Shown piece after piece: positions 25,497 to 36,012 of a DNA stretch of 64,000 bases (the stretch's first letter is position 1; each line of letters starts with the position of its first letter). The notes under the pieces were generated by a model that saw only the letters and a list, made by a program, of their open reading frames with translations, did not search any database and had not been told where the DNA came from. The stretch is from a virus (lineage: Duplodnaviria; Caudoviricetes). The position numbers and the translations under genes are program-made. The stretch is taken from the IMG/VR virus record IMGVR_UViG_3300026094_000002, one strand, 5' to 3'.

Positions 25497-26487
25497 TTGC
25501 TCCTTGATATGTTTTATTTAACCATTCTGAAAGTTGTGTAGCCATTTCTGATAATCTAATAAGTTCATGGCGACCACAAAACTTCATAAACCTTATGCCA
25601 ACCTGTGTTACATCTTTCTTGGATACTTGTTCGCTGATTGCACTGTCAACCGCTTGTTTAATTTCATCAGGTTGTGCCCGTAAATCAATTAAAGTACGGT
25701 TTCTCTCGTAATCATCTAACACCCTGTGTTCCACGCCTTCGTGGTCAGTCCAGCGTTGTAACATCAAGTTGTTCCAAGAAAACCCTTTCGCCAGCCTGTC
25801 ATCAAATGCTTCAATTAAACCGGTTTTGTTTTTAGTTCCTTTTTTGCGGACTCCGGGATATGCAGAGAATACATTATCTGTTGCATCACCCCGCACACAC
25901 TTCTCAAACAGCAACCATTCTGGGTCAGGGACTTCCTTCGGCTCGCCGGTCTTCTTTTCTTTGACAGGATTATCCTTATCGTCAAGAATACCCTTGGTAG
26001 TAATTAGGTGTCCCATAACTCCATTATATTGCTGTACATTATTAGCAAGGAGTTGAACAAAGTCAGTATCGCTCGATATGATTATGTGTTGGTCATCGGG
26101 ATGTAAATCCACCCAACGTGCTATAATATCGTCGGCTTCAGCACGTTCATGCTTTATTACCGAACAGTTGGTCTGCTCCTTAAGGTACTTAGTGAGTTCT
26201 TCAAAGGTTTCCCAAAAAACTTTTTCTTCCTCTTGTTCTCGCTCACTCAATGCTGCTCGTGCATCAGTACGATTTCTCTTGTATCGTGGATAAACATCTT
26301 TACGCCAACTGCGTCCTTCTAAACAAAATACTACATGGTCTGCACCAAACTTTTTGTACATTCTGTTTATAGAACTAAGAGTGACGTGCATTGCATATCC
26401 AACTTTTTCATGTGTATCTGCCGCCCGAAATGCAGCGTGTCGTGCACGGAAAAATGTATTAGCCGTGTCTACCAATAGATAACGCAT
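25462..26487 (-). CDS. rnh: 5'-3' exonuclease / T4 RNase H-like (FEN/PIN fold)
   Basis: LLVDTANTFFR, YKRNR, EADDII, SSDTDFVQL and GDATDNV motifs. Confidence 0.9.
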   Translation of the reverse strand: MRYLLVDTANTFFRARHAAFRAADTHEKVGYAMHVTLSSINRMYKKFGADHVVFCLEGRSWRKDVYPRYKRNRTDARAALSEREQEEEKVFWETFEELTKYLKEQTNCSVIKHERAEADDIIARWVDLHPDDQHIIISSDTDFVQLLANNVQQYNGVMGHLITTKGILDDKDNPVKEKKTGEPKEVPDPEWLLFEKCVRGDATDNVFSAYPGVRKKGTKNKTGLIEAFDDRLAKGFSWNNLMLQRWTDHEGVEHRVLDDYERNRTLIDLRAQPDEIKQAVDSAISEQVSKKDVTQVGIRFMKFCGRHELIRLSEMATQLSEWLNKTYQGAIDDKSNTSHIR

Positions 26488-26494
26488 AGATTGC

Positions 26495-27202
26495 CTATAA
26501 TATGCCGTTGTTTAAAATATATTGTAACATATAACGAGACCAAAAACTATGGGCATCTCTACCAAAATGCCAAGAATCTGGGGATACTGTTTTGAACCCA
26601 GATTCTTTTAGTATTGCGTGAAATGTTTTATCAGAATCATAGGGACCAATATAATTAACGCCCCAATCTTGAATATTATTAATTGTTCTAAAGCATATAT
26701 TTCCATTGAAAAATATATGTTTTATATTTTTCTCTAATAACTCACGATGAAAATCCCAAATATCTTTATGTACATGCATGGTCTTTCGTGGCAAATTCAA
26801 TGTAGATATAAATTCTTTATATTTTTCTTGGTGTGATTCTGGGAGGTTGTCTTTGCCAGATGCGTTAATTTGATAATATTCGTCGTCTATTACCCATTCT
26901 TCTCTTTCCCAAGTGGACCACTGAATAATGACTAATAGTTCGTCATTGAATTTTGGATATGTTTCTTCAATCCACTTTCTTGATGTTCGCAGTATTCTTT
27001 CATTAGAACTTGCACTCTCAGCACCACAATGAAACCCTGCATGGAGAGAATCTGCTAATAGTTTCCCCCAACTAACTTTTAAATTATCAGGGTGTGGTGC
27101 TCTGCCTTTGTAGAAGTATTTCCCATCGTCTTCGGCAAACGCATGTGGATTAACGGCTTCTGCTGCAGCAGTGTGGCTATCACCATTTACATAAAGTATC
27201 AC
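26495..27202 (-). CDS. SGNH/GDSL-like hydrolase or acyltransferase
   Basis: N-terminal NGDSH and C-terminal HFG..AH motifs; paralogous to 28560-29339. Confidence 0.55.
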   Translation of the reverse strand: MILYVNGDSHTAAAEAVNPHAFAEDDGKYFYKGRAPHPDNLKVSWGKLLADSLHAGFHCGAESASSNERILRTSRKWIEETYPKFNDELLVIIQWSTWEREEWVIDDEYYQINASGKDNLPESHQEKYKEFISTLNLPRKTMHVHKDIWDFHRELLEKNIKHIFFNGNICFRTINNIQDWGVNYIGPYDSDKTFHAILKESGFKTVSPDSWHFGRDAHSFWSRYMLQYILNNGIL

Positions 27203-27570
27203 GAAATTTCTTTCCTGCCATTCCCTAAATCGCGGGTATGTACATAGGTTTCATGGTTCATAGCATCATATTGATCATATGTTTCCATAACAACATGGCG
27301 ACACACGGTTTGAAACCATTGATCTACTACATCTGCATCAGTTTCACCTTGATAGCCAGCCCTAATTAAATTAGATACGAACTTTTCGTTCCAATCAAGT
27401 TCAAAAGAGCCTTGGTGTAGATTCTCTGGGTCTACTTCCATTCCCAAGATTGCGACATAAGGTTCACCCTTTTTCTCTGCAATTTCTTTTTCACTCTTTT
27501 TTGGTTTAGAAGGCGTAGGAGATGGTTGTGTTTTTGGTTTCTGGAATCGTTTTTTAATATTTTCAAACAT
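27199..27570 (-). CDS. Hypothetical phage protein
   Basis: 123-aa ORF; TTGATT...TGTTATAAT promoter-like sequence upstream. Confidence 0.7.
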   Translation of the reverse strand: MFENIKKRFQKPKTQPSPTPSKPKKSEKEIAEKKGEPYVAILGMEVDPENLHQGSFELDWNEKFVSNLIRAGYQGETDADVVDQWFQTVCRHVVMETYDQYDAMNHETYVHTRDLGNGRKEIS

Positions 27571-27617
27571 ATTTGACCTTGGAATTCATACTAGTATTAT
27601 AACACACTATTCTACTT

Positions 27618-27986
27618 TTAATCAAGAAAAAAATTATCTAAACGTGGTGGCTTGAATGTATCTGGCTTAATTACTTTGCCATCCGCTCTTTTTAAAACCT
27701 TTCCTGTTTCTGCGTCAATTTTACTCATGTTAGAAGAAATAACTTCCTTCCATGCATTTTCATCATCTACTCCAAGAGAATGTAATGCACCAAGAGTGAC
27801 GACCATAATGTCAAGTAATGCATCAAGTTTTTCTACTCTGTCATCGGCATCAATTGCTTCGTCAAGTTCTGCTACTTCTTCCTTAATTAGGTTTCTGTAT
27901 AAATCAAATTGTTCTGGATTGTGTGTGCCAACTGTTTGGTCACATGCTTCCATGAATATTTTCTGATCTTTAAATGGGTTTGTCAT
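27618..27986 (-). CDS. MazG-like / PRA-PH all-alpha NTP pyrophosphohydrolase
   Basis: LIKEEVAEL...DALLDIMVV...SNMSK...DGKVIKP motifs. Confidence 0.85.
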   Translation of the reverse strand: MTNPFKDQKIFMEACDQTVGTHNPEQFDLYRNLIKEEVAELDEAIDADDRVEKLDALLDIMVVTLGALHSLGVDDENAWKEVISSNMSKIDAETGKVLKRADGKVIKPDTFKPPRLDNFFLD

Positions 27987-28017
27987 ATTTTATTTCCTCT
28001 CTTTAATAAATATCACT

Positions 28018-28563
28018 ATGATTGATGATATTAAAAATTTCTTAAACATTGTTGAAGCGGCTGGTGTTCCCGGCGTTAAACAATATGATCGTGATGAAAC
28101 AAAGATCACTGCTCAAATTGACAGCAAACTTGGACCAAAGTTTGACCGACTTGTAGATGATCTGCAAAAAGTTGATAATTTAAAAGCCCAACTAAAACAG
28201 ATGCAAGATACCACAAAAACACAGACACGGCAAGATGTTGCATTTTTATTTGATGTTGAAGATGCAGTATTCACTCGCGTCATTGAAACAAAGAATGTTA
28301 TTTTAGAAATATCTAAAGATCCCAAGCCAACAGAATCACCACAATATAAAAAGATTCTTGAAGCATTAGAAAAACATTTAACACCTGATCTCGTTGAAGT
28401 TCTTGAAAAATTAAAAGAAGAACATAAAACCGTTACTCAAAAAGATCCAGCAGTCAAATATAAATTTAAAGAAGATGCGTCAGATGAATTAGATTTAGAT
28501 CCAGTCAAACAGTGGCTTGACACATACGACCGCAAACTTGATTTAGTTAAACAATATCTTTAA
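28018..28563 (+). CDS. Hypothetical late protein (possible internal head protein)
   Basis: TAAATA 5 nt upstream; N-terminus MIDDIKNFLNIVEAA with an I-x-E site. Confidence 0.65.
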   Translation: MIDDIKNFLNIVEAAGVPGVKQYDRDETKITAQIDSKLGPKFDRLVDDLQKVDNLKAQLKQMQDTTKTQTRQDVAFLFDVEDAVFTRVIETKNVILEISKDPKPTESPQYKKILEALEKHLTPDLVEVLEKLKEEHKTVTQKDPAVKYKFKEDASDELDLDPVKQWLDTYDRKLDLVKQYL

Positions 28564-29339
28564 TCCAACCCTAATAGTTCTTTATATGTAGGCAACCAAT
28601 ATTCTGCCGCCGCTTCGTGTGCATCGTCAAGCGGATGCCATCCCGGTTCTGTAACTTTAAAGTTGTTCTTTCTGCTCCAATCTAAAAAATTTAAATCATT
28701 AAATGAACTCATATGTGGTAGTATAAATTTTTGTAGTTCTTGGATATACCCATCACAAAACCATTTAGTCTCAAATATTTCATTATCCATGTTGGTTTGA
28801 ACAAATTTTATACCTTTATTCAATAAAAATGTTGTAGCACAGTATATTGATTGTAAAGAATTAAACTTATTCATCATTTCATTATCACTAATATATTCAA
28901 TATACATGCTTTCTAATTGTTTTTGGTAGTCTATACTAATTTTTGATTTTTTATTCAATGTTTCTTTAAGTTGTCTTGAAAAATCATTGTTTTTAAGATC
29001 AATATTTTCTATTTCCTGTAAATCTCCAAACGGAGAGTTTTTAACTGATGGACCAAAATTAATCCATGTGTTCCAATTGCTTTGATTGACAAAATAACTC
29101 CATCTATGAGACCATGTCCAGTTTATTATTGCTAAATCATTTGAGTTGTTATTGTCTGAATAATAATCCAAAATTCTTCTACAAATAGATGAATTGCTTG
29201 CTCCCGGTGAGGCTTTACATTCAAAATCTACATTTAGTTTTTTGGCTGCTACACTTGGCCAACCCGCAGAGCCGTCATAATTTTCTGGAATTTCATATCC
29301 AAATATAAAACTATCACCGAAACTTACTATTTTAGACAT
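28560..29339 (-). CDS. SGNH/GDSL-like hydrolase or acyltransferase
   Basis: SFGDSF, ASNSSI and C-terminal WHPLDDAH motifs. Confidence 0.55.
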   Translation of the reverse strand: MSKIVSFGDSFIFGYEIPENYDGSAGWPSVAAKKLNVDFECKASPGASNSSICRRILDYYSDNNNSNDLAIINWTWSHRWSYFVNQSNWNTWINFGPSVKNSPFGDLQEIENIDLKNNDFSRQLKETLNKKSKISIDYQKQLESMYIEYISDNEMMNKFNSLQSIYCATTFLLNKGIKFVQTNMDNEIFETKWFCDGYIQELQKFILPHMSSFNDLNFLDWSRKNNFKVTEPGWHPLDDAHEAAAEYWLPTYKELLGLD

Positions 29340-29345
29340 ACAAAC

Positions 29346-30194
29346 TTATTTCTTTTGGTCGTGCTTTTTTAAATCAACCAAATGCATTTGATTGTTTATA
29401 TCAGCCGCCATTATATCTTTCCACGGATCTCTTTCACCAGTCAAATAATCTATCCATGGTTTAACAGATTCGCCTTGTATTTTTAAAAACCATGCGATCC
29501 GATCTGCCATTTGGTATCGTTTTGCTCTTGCATCTTTATGTGCAATATCACCGGGTTGCGTAGGATTGCCTTCTAACAATCGCCTTGACTCAAATGTTTC
29601 GTCATGGTTATTACCAGTTAAATCAAATCTATCGTGTTCGACCCACACATCAATTCTTTCAAATATTCCCAATAGATACGCAATTTGTGATATCTCTGCA
29701 TCATTTAGGGGATGACTGCTCAAATATCCCAATAATTTAAACCACTCAACTGGAACGATTGGAAAAATACTGTATGGGTGTTCATTGTGAGTATGAACTG
29801 CTAATACGCGAAAATGCCCATCCCATTTAGAAAACTCTATATCCCAATCTTGTGTTTGCATTTCAGCGTCGTCATTCCAAAAGAACAACCATCGACCTCG
29901 GGCATGTCCTGCTAAGTGATTCACATACTGATTTAATCTTGAGTATCCCAGTGGGGGGAACTTTAATGCCTTGTAAGAAACCCTGTGTCCATCTAATTTA
30001 GGGATAATATTCTCGGCAAAGTATTCATAACTTTCAGTATCATCATTATCAAATGCAAGGAGTATTTCTATTTCAGAAGTGTCAGATACAGTTGTTATGA
30101 GACTATTAAGACTTTTTAGTAGTTGTTCAGTTCTACCACGCGTGGGCAACAAGACTGAAATTTTTAGTATTGAGTCAGATGATATTAGTTGCAT
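29346..30194 (-). CDS. GT2-like glycosyltransferase
   Basis: ISVLLPTRGR, LAFDNDD and FFWNDDA (DxD-like) motifs. Confidence 0.8.
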   Translation of the reverse strand: MQLISSDSILKISVLLPTRGRTEQLLKSLNSLITTVSDTSEIEILLAFDNDDTESYEYFAENIIPKLDGHRVSYKALKFPPLGYSRLNQYVNHLAGHARGRWLFFWNDDAEMQTQDWDIEFSKWDGHFRVLAVHTHNEHPYSIFPIVPVEWFKLLGYLSSHPLNDAEISQIAYLLGIFERIDVWVEHDRFDLTGNNHDETFESRRLLEGNPTQPGDIAHKDARAKRYQMADRIAWFLKIQGESVKPWIDYLTGERDPWKDIMAADINNQMHLVDLKKHDQKK

Positions 30195-30203
30195 AAAACA
30201 TAC

Positions 30204-31286
30204 TTACCAAGATCCGTTATGGTTTCTGAAATAATTTAAAATGCTACCAGTGCGTGATCGAAAAAGATTTTCTGCTTTTTCAGAATTTAAGTTTTTTCTG
30301 GATAGAGTTCTTATTGATTCTGTATCAAATAGGTGTTCTCTATTTTTCAATAATCTACGCTGAATTTCTGGAGTTTGAATTAAATTTGTAGCAGCAGAAA
30401 ATACTTCTTTATTAAACTCCATCATATCAATAACACGCTTTGTCGGATCTTTTTCATACTGATATTCTGTGTTAATAAAGTCCTCAAATGTATCAAAGCC
30501 TATTGCGTTTAATTTATCATAAATCTTGTATCCAGTAACAATTGGTATTGTTAATCCGATTACCGCGTTAATATACTTTTCTGTGATAGCACACGCATTA
30601 ATCCAAAAATCTGGTTCTGTAACAATGCTGATAGCAGTCTTTGAGAATACTTCTGGATATAAACTTTCGTTGAATATCTCTACATTATCTTTGTACTGAT
30701 ATTTTGATGCGTCTTCATTTCTAAAAGAAAACCAATTTGGTGATAGTTGATTAAAAACTTTATTGGGATCTGAAGAATAATGTTTATGAAATAGTTGTTC
30801 TGCATACCGTTGTCTTCTTGTGTTACTTTTGTTCCATGATTGACTATAAATTAAATCTTTCTGCCAATCGTAGTTTTTAAAAATCCAGTTGCTAACTAAT
30901 ACTCTATGAATTCTCTCTTTGTTTAAAAGACAATTTAATGGAACGGTTTTTCTTTCCCAGTTGGGTTCAAATGCGGTTGGATCAATTCTATCTCTATATT
31001 GACTAATACAACCAATAAAGAACCCCGGATAAAAAAATCCATTGTCTTCGTAATCTTCAAACCCCAAATAATAGTCAAATACAAATAATTTTTCTTGAGT
31101 ATTATAATCCAAAAAATATTTGATAGTGTCTCCACTGCCGATATTAGTAAAAGAAACATAATCCTCAATATCTGGAATATGATCTTTGACCAAATAAACA
31201 GTATCTTCTTTGGATAACTCTTCTTTCTTTGTATTAGATAAAATTACCGAGGGATTAAACATATCGTTATTAAAAATCCCAATCAA
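30204..31286 (-). CDS. Putative glycosyltransferase (GT10-like motif), paralog 4
   Basis: ISIVTE...ITEKY...IPIVTG...GFDTF motif. Confidence 0.55.
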   Translation of the reverse strand: MIGIFNNDMFNPSVILSNTKKEELSKEDTVYLVKDHIPDIEDYVSFTNIGSGDTIKYFLDYNTQEKLFVFDYYLGFEDYEDNGFFYPGFFIGCISQYRDRIDPTAFEPNWERKTVPLNCLLNKERIHRVLVSNWIFKNYDWQKDLIYSQSWNKSNTRRQRYAEQLFHKHYSSDPNKVFNQLSPNWFSFRNEDASKYQYKDNVEIFNESLYPEVFSKTAISIVTEPDFWINACAITEKYINAVIGLTIPIVTGYKIYDKLNAIGFDTFEDFINTEYQYEKDPTKRVIDMMEFNKEVFSAATNLIQTPEIQRRLLKNREHLFDTESIRTLSRKNLNSEKAENLFRSRTGSILNYFRNHNGSW

Positions 31287-33606
31287 TATTCACAGAAACA
31301 CTGTTTTTGTTATTTTGTCTAATAATTCCACTGGTTGAAACATTTAGATTTTCTGTCAAGTCATTTTCTAAATGCAACCTCACATAAACATTTTCTTCAT
31401 TAATTAAAGAAACTTCGTCGTCAATAAATTTTAAATCACCATTTTCATTCACTGAACCCGGCATTGAAATAGTGGCAGACCCGGAGATAACATATGGATC
31501 AACCCCACCATATACTCCAAAGTTGTTGCTCTTATCTTGCCATCCAATATCGCCCCATACTGAATAAATGTCGCTGACCCCATTGATCAAACCGGGAGTT
31601 ATTTCAGTTTGTGTGTGCATTAGTCCAGTATTCACTACCCACTGATCTTTTTTAAAAGTCACAATTCCTTCTATTATTTCTGAACTTTCAACCTCCCCCC
31701 ACATACCAGACATCCCAACCCAAGGGCTAAAGTCAATATCAGAAAATGTAGCACTAAGGTAAAGGTTCTCTCTAATCTTTACATGAGGCAGAGAAAGGCT
31801 GTAATTACTCAAATCTGAATCAGAGTGATACAGTGTTGTTCCTTTAAAAGAAAAGGTATCACCATCCACTAAATTAGCAGACCGATTGCTATAATTAAAT
31901 GTAGAAGGATCTGTAATATCAGCATATGAATGCCATCCTGTTACTGTATCCCCAACAGACTCACTTAAATCAACCGAAAATGTCCGATTAAAATCATCAG
32001 TTGCAAGGACTGATTTATTAGAATTTAAATCCAATCCAGTCACATGACCCAAGAGTTGTTCAATTCTTTGACCATTTTTTAGGTTTAATGACAACTCCCC
32101 AATCGGTGCCATCGCTCGGGTGTAGTCAATAACAGGCACACCATCCACAGATCCGGAGGCGGTGAGTGAAAGAATCTCACTTGCCTGTTCGTCCGTCATC
32201 CAAGTCCATTGATTCTTCAATGCTTCAACGGTTGTAGCAACAGTGATGGTCCCATTGCCACCTATCTCGGAGAGGAAAATCTTATTTTCTTCAAAGCCGC
32301 CAAAATCGTCTATCTCATTGACTTTGCTGACCAAAAACTTAGCACCATCAGGACCAGTAACAATGGCGTTCTCTGGCTCTGCTCCATCTGCCTGACCAGC
32401 AATTTGTTCTCTTATCGTCTGATTGTAAGCATCAAAGTCTTCCTTGAATCGCTCTACAAAACTACCGTCGTTCTGCTGCAGCAGAACGGATGTAGTAACT
32501 TCGGACATCATAATGTCTAAAAGGCCGTCGCCATTTACATCAACAAGCCTTGGGTTATAAGAAACATGCTGTTCTGTATCAAATTCCTTGAGAACTTCAT
32601 CAGTGACATCGGCAAAATTGCCTGATCCATCATTTTCTATAAACTGGACTTCTGTATAACCGTGAAATTCACCGTTCTTCCCCAACGTGCTAAAGGATAC
32701 AACATCATCGATTCCGTCATTATTGAAATCAAATGCCAGCACCCTGACGGTATCTTTGTACCTTGTATTTGCACGCTCATCGTCCCATTTAGATAACTCA
32801 AATCTATTTTTGGGTAGATTCGCTAAATGGTTTATTTCAAGTTCCTCCCCACTTAAATCCAAACCCCACAAATTTTGATTAACTCTATCGGTGGCGACAA
32901 ACGTGACAGTACCGTCATTTAGAAAATCACCAGTAGCAATTCCAGATCCATAAGGATTCGGGTTGGTAGATTGAAGTGTTTTAAAGGTGCCGTCGGCAGA
33001 GCCAAGTGATATTGACATACCGTCACCACCAAGCAGTAAATCGTCAAACCCATCATTATTAAAATCGCCAACGGAAGAATCGTGGGCGTTAGTTTCGTGT
33101 GTTATGCCGACCCTTCTGTCAAATCTGTTACCGTCGTTGAAATAGACATAACTCGGACCATACGCAGCCATATCCATACTATGAGCAACAGACATATCTG
33201 TGTGCCCATCGCCGTCAAAATCGCCAAAGTGCACACTGGGCTCTGTGCCTAGAATCTGATTAGTGGCGTTGTTGAACCACGTTTTTGTCTCGCTTTTGAA
33301 AGAGCCACTGTTCCAACCATATATTTGCATATCATATTCTTGCCAGTCTTCTATGGTTGAAGGCTGCGTCAGCCTTCCTGCAATTACTACCTCTTCTACG
33401 CCATCACGAGTTAGGTCTTGGACATAGATGTCGTCAATTGGACCACGGTCGTCTCCAGATAGAGGCTCATAACTATCTATGAGGACTGGCTTCATACTAT
33501 GTCCATTAGGGCTGGAGGAGGTGGAACCACCAGTCCCCCCACCGCTGCCACCACAAGCAGCAAGAACGGGAAGTGCTAAGAAAAGAACAACATTGTATTT
33601 TTTCAT
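31270..33606 (-). CDS. Lipoprotein with FG-GAP/VCBS repeats and a C-terminal beta-rich domain
   Basis: Signal peptide with lipobox LAAC (Cys18); repeats GDFDGDGHTD, GDFNNDGFDD, DFNNDGIDD and DVNGDGLLD; ends ...NIDWDF. Confidence 0.8.
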   Translation of the reverse strand: MKKYNVVLFLALPVLAACGGSGGGTGGSTSSSPNGHSMKPVLIDSYEPLSGDDRGPIDDIYVQDLTRDGVEEVVIAGRLTQPSTIEDWQEYDMQIYGWNSGSFKSETKTWFNNATNQILGTEPSVHFGDFDGDGHTDMSVAHSMDMAAYGPSYVYFNDGNRFDRRVGITHETNAHDSSVGDFNNDGFDDLLLGGDGMSISLGSADGTFKTLQSTNPNPYGSGIATGDFLNDGTVTFVATDRVNQNLWGLDLSGEELEINHLANLPKNRFELSKWDDERANTRYKDTVRVLAFDFNNDGIDDVVSFSTLGKNGEFHGYTEVQFIENDGSGNFADVTDEVLKEFDTEQHVSYNPRLVDVNGDGLLDIMMSEVTTSVLLQQNDGSFVERFKEDFDAYNQTIREQIAGQADGAEPENAIVTGPDGAKFLVSKVNEIDDFGGFEENKIFLSEIGGNGTITVATTVEALKNQWTWMTDEQASEILSLTASGSVDGVPVIDYTRAMAPIGELSLNLKNGQRIEQLLGHVTGLDLNSNKSVLATDDFNRTFSVDLSESVGDTVTGWHSYADITDPSTFNYSNRSANLVDGDTFSFKGTTLYHSDSDLSNYSLSLPHVKIRENLYLSATFSDIDFSPWVGMSGMWGEVESSEIIEGIVTFKKDQWVVNTGLMHTQTEITPGLINGVSDIYSVWGDIGWQDKSNNFGVYGGVDPYVISGSATISMPGSVNENGDLKFIDDEVSLINEENVYVRLHLENDLTENLNVSTSGIIRQNNKNSVSVNIDWDF

Positions 33607-33637
33607 TTTTGATTTAACTTTTTCTAAAGACTTGGAC

Positions 33638-33666
33638 AGTCTATATTATTAGAAAAATATTGTCAA
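33638..33666 (-). promoter_or_regulatory. sigma70-like promoter for the FG-GAP lipoprotein
   Basis: TTGACA-17 nt-TAGACT on the minus strand. Confidence 0.65.
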
Positions 33667-33676
33667 ATTTAAAATG

Positions 33677-34297
33677 CTAAAATAAACTGAGTTGCATAGA
33701 CTGAGAATAATTTGTTCGTTCTGTAAAAAAGCATTCTCTACAGTCAGGATAGTTACTCATTTGGCACTGTGGTGCTACTTTATCCAGTTTTTCTATGCCT
33801 AATTGACACGTTTCTAATGTTGGACAATAATGAAATCCACTATAGAAACGTTTTTGAGATGACCACGTAGAATATTCAAGTGCTCGCCCATCTGCCCTCA
33901 TTTCACTAAGAGCATGATATGCTGCTTCATCATCTAATAAAATAGCACCACACCTTCCAAGATGCATTGGTTTTGAATAGCCAAAACTCAGGCACTGCAT
34001 TTGTCCCTCACGATACATCCCCGGCTCTAATCTTCTTGCTGAATCCCATATACGCGTTTGTAAAAATTTATATTCACCTGTCCATATATGGTCAAACATA
34101 TCAAATTTTATACCCAAACGATATAGAGTCATTGGAACAGAAAGATAGGTTCGCGAGGTAAATTGTGTGGTTTTTACCTCATCATAAATCATACATAGTT
34201 CAATTGCGTGTGTGCAACAATCTGTAGCAACTGCGTATGGAGCACCGGTATATTCTGCTAATTTTTTTTCAAATTTAAAAAGGGTTTCGTAACTCAT
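33677..34297 (-). CDS. Short DegT/DnrJ-family aminotransferase
   Basis: YAVATDCCTHAIEL, DSA, LSFGYSK (PLP lysine) and GAIL motifs; 206 aa versus 359 aa for the paralog. Confidence 0.75.
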   Translation of the reverse strand: MSYETLFKFEKKLAEYTGAPYAVATDCCTHAIELCMIYDEVKTTQFTSRTYLSVPMTLYRLGIKFDMFDHIWTGEYKFLQTRIWDSARRLEPGMYREGQMQCLSFGYSKPMHLGRCGAILLDDEAAYHALSEMRADGRALEYSTWSSQKRFYSGFHYCPTLETCQLGIEKLDKVAPQCQMSNYPDCRECFFTERTNYSQSMQLSLF

Positions 34298-34300
34298 TAA

Positions 34301-34561
34301 TTAATACTTATGTTTGGATTTTATTGGTCCGTGTTTTAATAACCACTCTGTTAGTGCAGCACCTTCAAGTTCGGCTTTTACGATATACTTCCAACCAAAT
34401 GGATTACCAAAGTGACATTTATGCCACGAAGGTGTTATTTTGGAATGTTTGATGACCCACTGTCCTTCTTGACTTTTCTCCCAATTATACAAGGGTTCAG
34501 CAGCATAAAGATCAGGGTCATCAACGCCAGCCATATCAAATTCATGCACTATGACTTCCAT
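34301..34561 (-). CDS. Hypothetical phage protein
   Basis: 86-aa ORF (DDPDLYAAEPLYNWEKS). Confidence 0.7.
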   Translation of the reverse strand: MEVIVHEFDMAGVDDPDLYAAEPLYNWEKSQEGQWVIKHSKITPSWHKCHFGNPFGWKYIVKAELEGAALTEWLLKHGPIKSKHKY

Positions 34562-34562
34562 A

Positions 34563-34799
34563 CTAAGCCCATTTTAGTCTAAAAATTGTTCTTTCTTGTG
34601 GATCGTTAATTTTCCATAGAGAACATTGGTTTGTCCCATCGGCTACCATCCACATACCGATGAATTCAGAATTGATATTTTGTTCTATGCACCAATTGGC
34701 TATCCGAGTATGATGATCATTAACATCTTCATTTGCCCATATAGCAACAAATTCTGTTTTATCAGACCCGGGTAAAAAGTCAGGCAACTCTATCGGCAT
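34563..34799 (-). CDS. Hypothetical protein
   Basis: 78-aa ORF ending FRLKWA, in an operon. Confidence 0.65.
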   Translation of the reverse strand: MPIELPDFLPGSDKTEFVAIWANEDVNDHHTRIANWCIEQNINSEFIGMWMVADGTNQCSLWKINDPQERTIFRLKWA

Positions 34800-35766
34800 A
34801 GTTATTTCGCCAATTCCACACGTGTTCTATTATATCTTCAAGTTTCCATCTTGGTTGCCACCCCGAAGCATTTTTAAACGTTTGATAATCTGTCAAAAGA
34901 GTTGCTGGGTCTCCTTCACGTTCTTTGCCATATTTCCATACTAATTTTTTATTAATAACGCGTTGTGCAGTTTTCACAATGTCAATATTGCTTTTGCCTA
35001 CGTTGTTCCCAAGATTATATGGTTGACAGTCAATATCTTTTTCAACTGCAAGTCTATGAGCATATGCAATATCAGAAACATGAATGTAATCTCTAATACA
35101 TGTTCCATCCGGCGTATCGTAATTTTTTCCATTAACAACGAATTGTTTATCGTTTTTTAAACTTTCAACAACTTTGGCGATAATGTGTGTTGCATCTCCA
35201 TCTTGTCCGTGTCTACCATTAACATCAGCACCACACGCATTAAAATATCTAAAAGCAACATAATCCAATCCATACGCTCTATGATATGCTGACAACAGCA
35301 TTTCTATCATTAGTTTGCTTTTCCCATATGGAGAAATAGGTGAACAACAATCAGATTCAGAAATTGGCGTTTGAGAGGGGTTTCCATATACCGCTGCACT
35401 TGAACTAAAAATAAATTTTGTTTTAAATTGTATTTCTAATAGATTATCTAATAGTTTTTTTGTTTTAACAAAGTTATTTCTGAAATATGATTCAGGATCT
35501 TTTATGCTTGGCTCTACTAAACTTGATCCAGCACAATGTATAATAGCATCTGGGGAAAACGCTATCATTTCTTCTACCGCACGGTCTGTTGAAAAATCGG
35601 CTGGTATAAATTTAGTTAGATGAGTCAAGATATTCTGGCTGGGATCTTTAGTATCAATACCAAGAACAGAATATCCAGCATCTGAAAATTCAAGTACAGT
35701 TTGGCCGCCGATGTAACCGGCGGCTCCTGTAACTACAACTGATGGGGTATCAGTTGCACGACTCAT
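34780..35766 (-). CDS. galE: UDP-glucose 4-epimerase
   Basis: TGAAGYIG, FSSSAAVYG, YGKSK, RYFNACGA and DGTCIRDYIHVSDIA motifs. Confidence 0.9.
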   Translation of the reverse strand: MSRATDTPSVVVTGAAGYIGGQTVLEFSDAGYSVLGIDTKDPSQNILTHLTKFIPADFSTDRAVEEMIAFSPDAIIHCAGSSLVEPSIKDPESYFRNNFVKTKKLLDNLLEIQFKTKFIFSSSAAVYGNPSQTPISESDCCSPISPYGKSKLMIEMLLSAYHRAYGLDYVAFRYFNACGADVNGRHGQDGDATHIIAKVVESLKNDKQFVVNGKNYDTPDGTCIRDYIHVSDIAYAHRLAVEKDIDCQPYNLGNNVGKSNIDIVKTAQRVINKKLVWKYGKEREGDPATLLTDYQTFKNASGWQPRWKLEDIIEHVWNWRNNYADRVA

Positions 35767-35792
35767 ATGTAATTCCTTTTATTATTTTTTGA

Positions 35793-35984
35793 TTACGCAA
35801 ATCTTTTGCGATCTTGTTCCCACATGTCTTTGACGTTCTTTCCACTAAGGAGTTTGTTATACTGTTGCCATGCATAACTCTTCCAATTATAAAGATCTTT
35901 TTCGTTGTACCGATAGCCATAATCTCGGCAAAAGTCTTTAAAATTATCTAAATCGTCAAAGATTTTATCTACTGCTTCACTCAT
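35793..35984 (-). CDS. Hypothetical phage protein
   Basis: 63-aa ORF with AGAGGA RBS. Confidence 0.7.
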   Translation of the reverse strand: MSEAVDKIFDDLDNFKDFCRDYGYRYNEKDLYNWKSYAWQQYNKLLSGKNVKDMWEQDRKRFA

Positions 35985-36012
35985 TTTTTCCTCTTTTAAG
36001 TTATTGGTGAGT

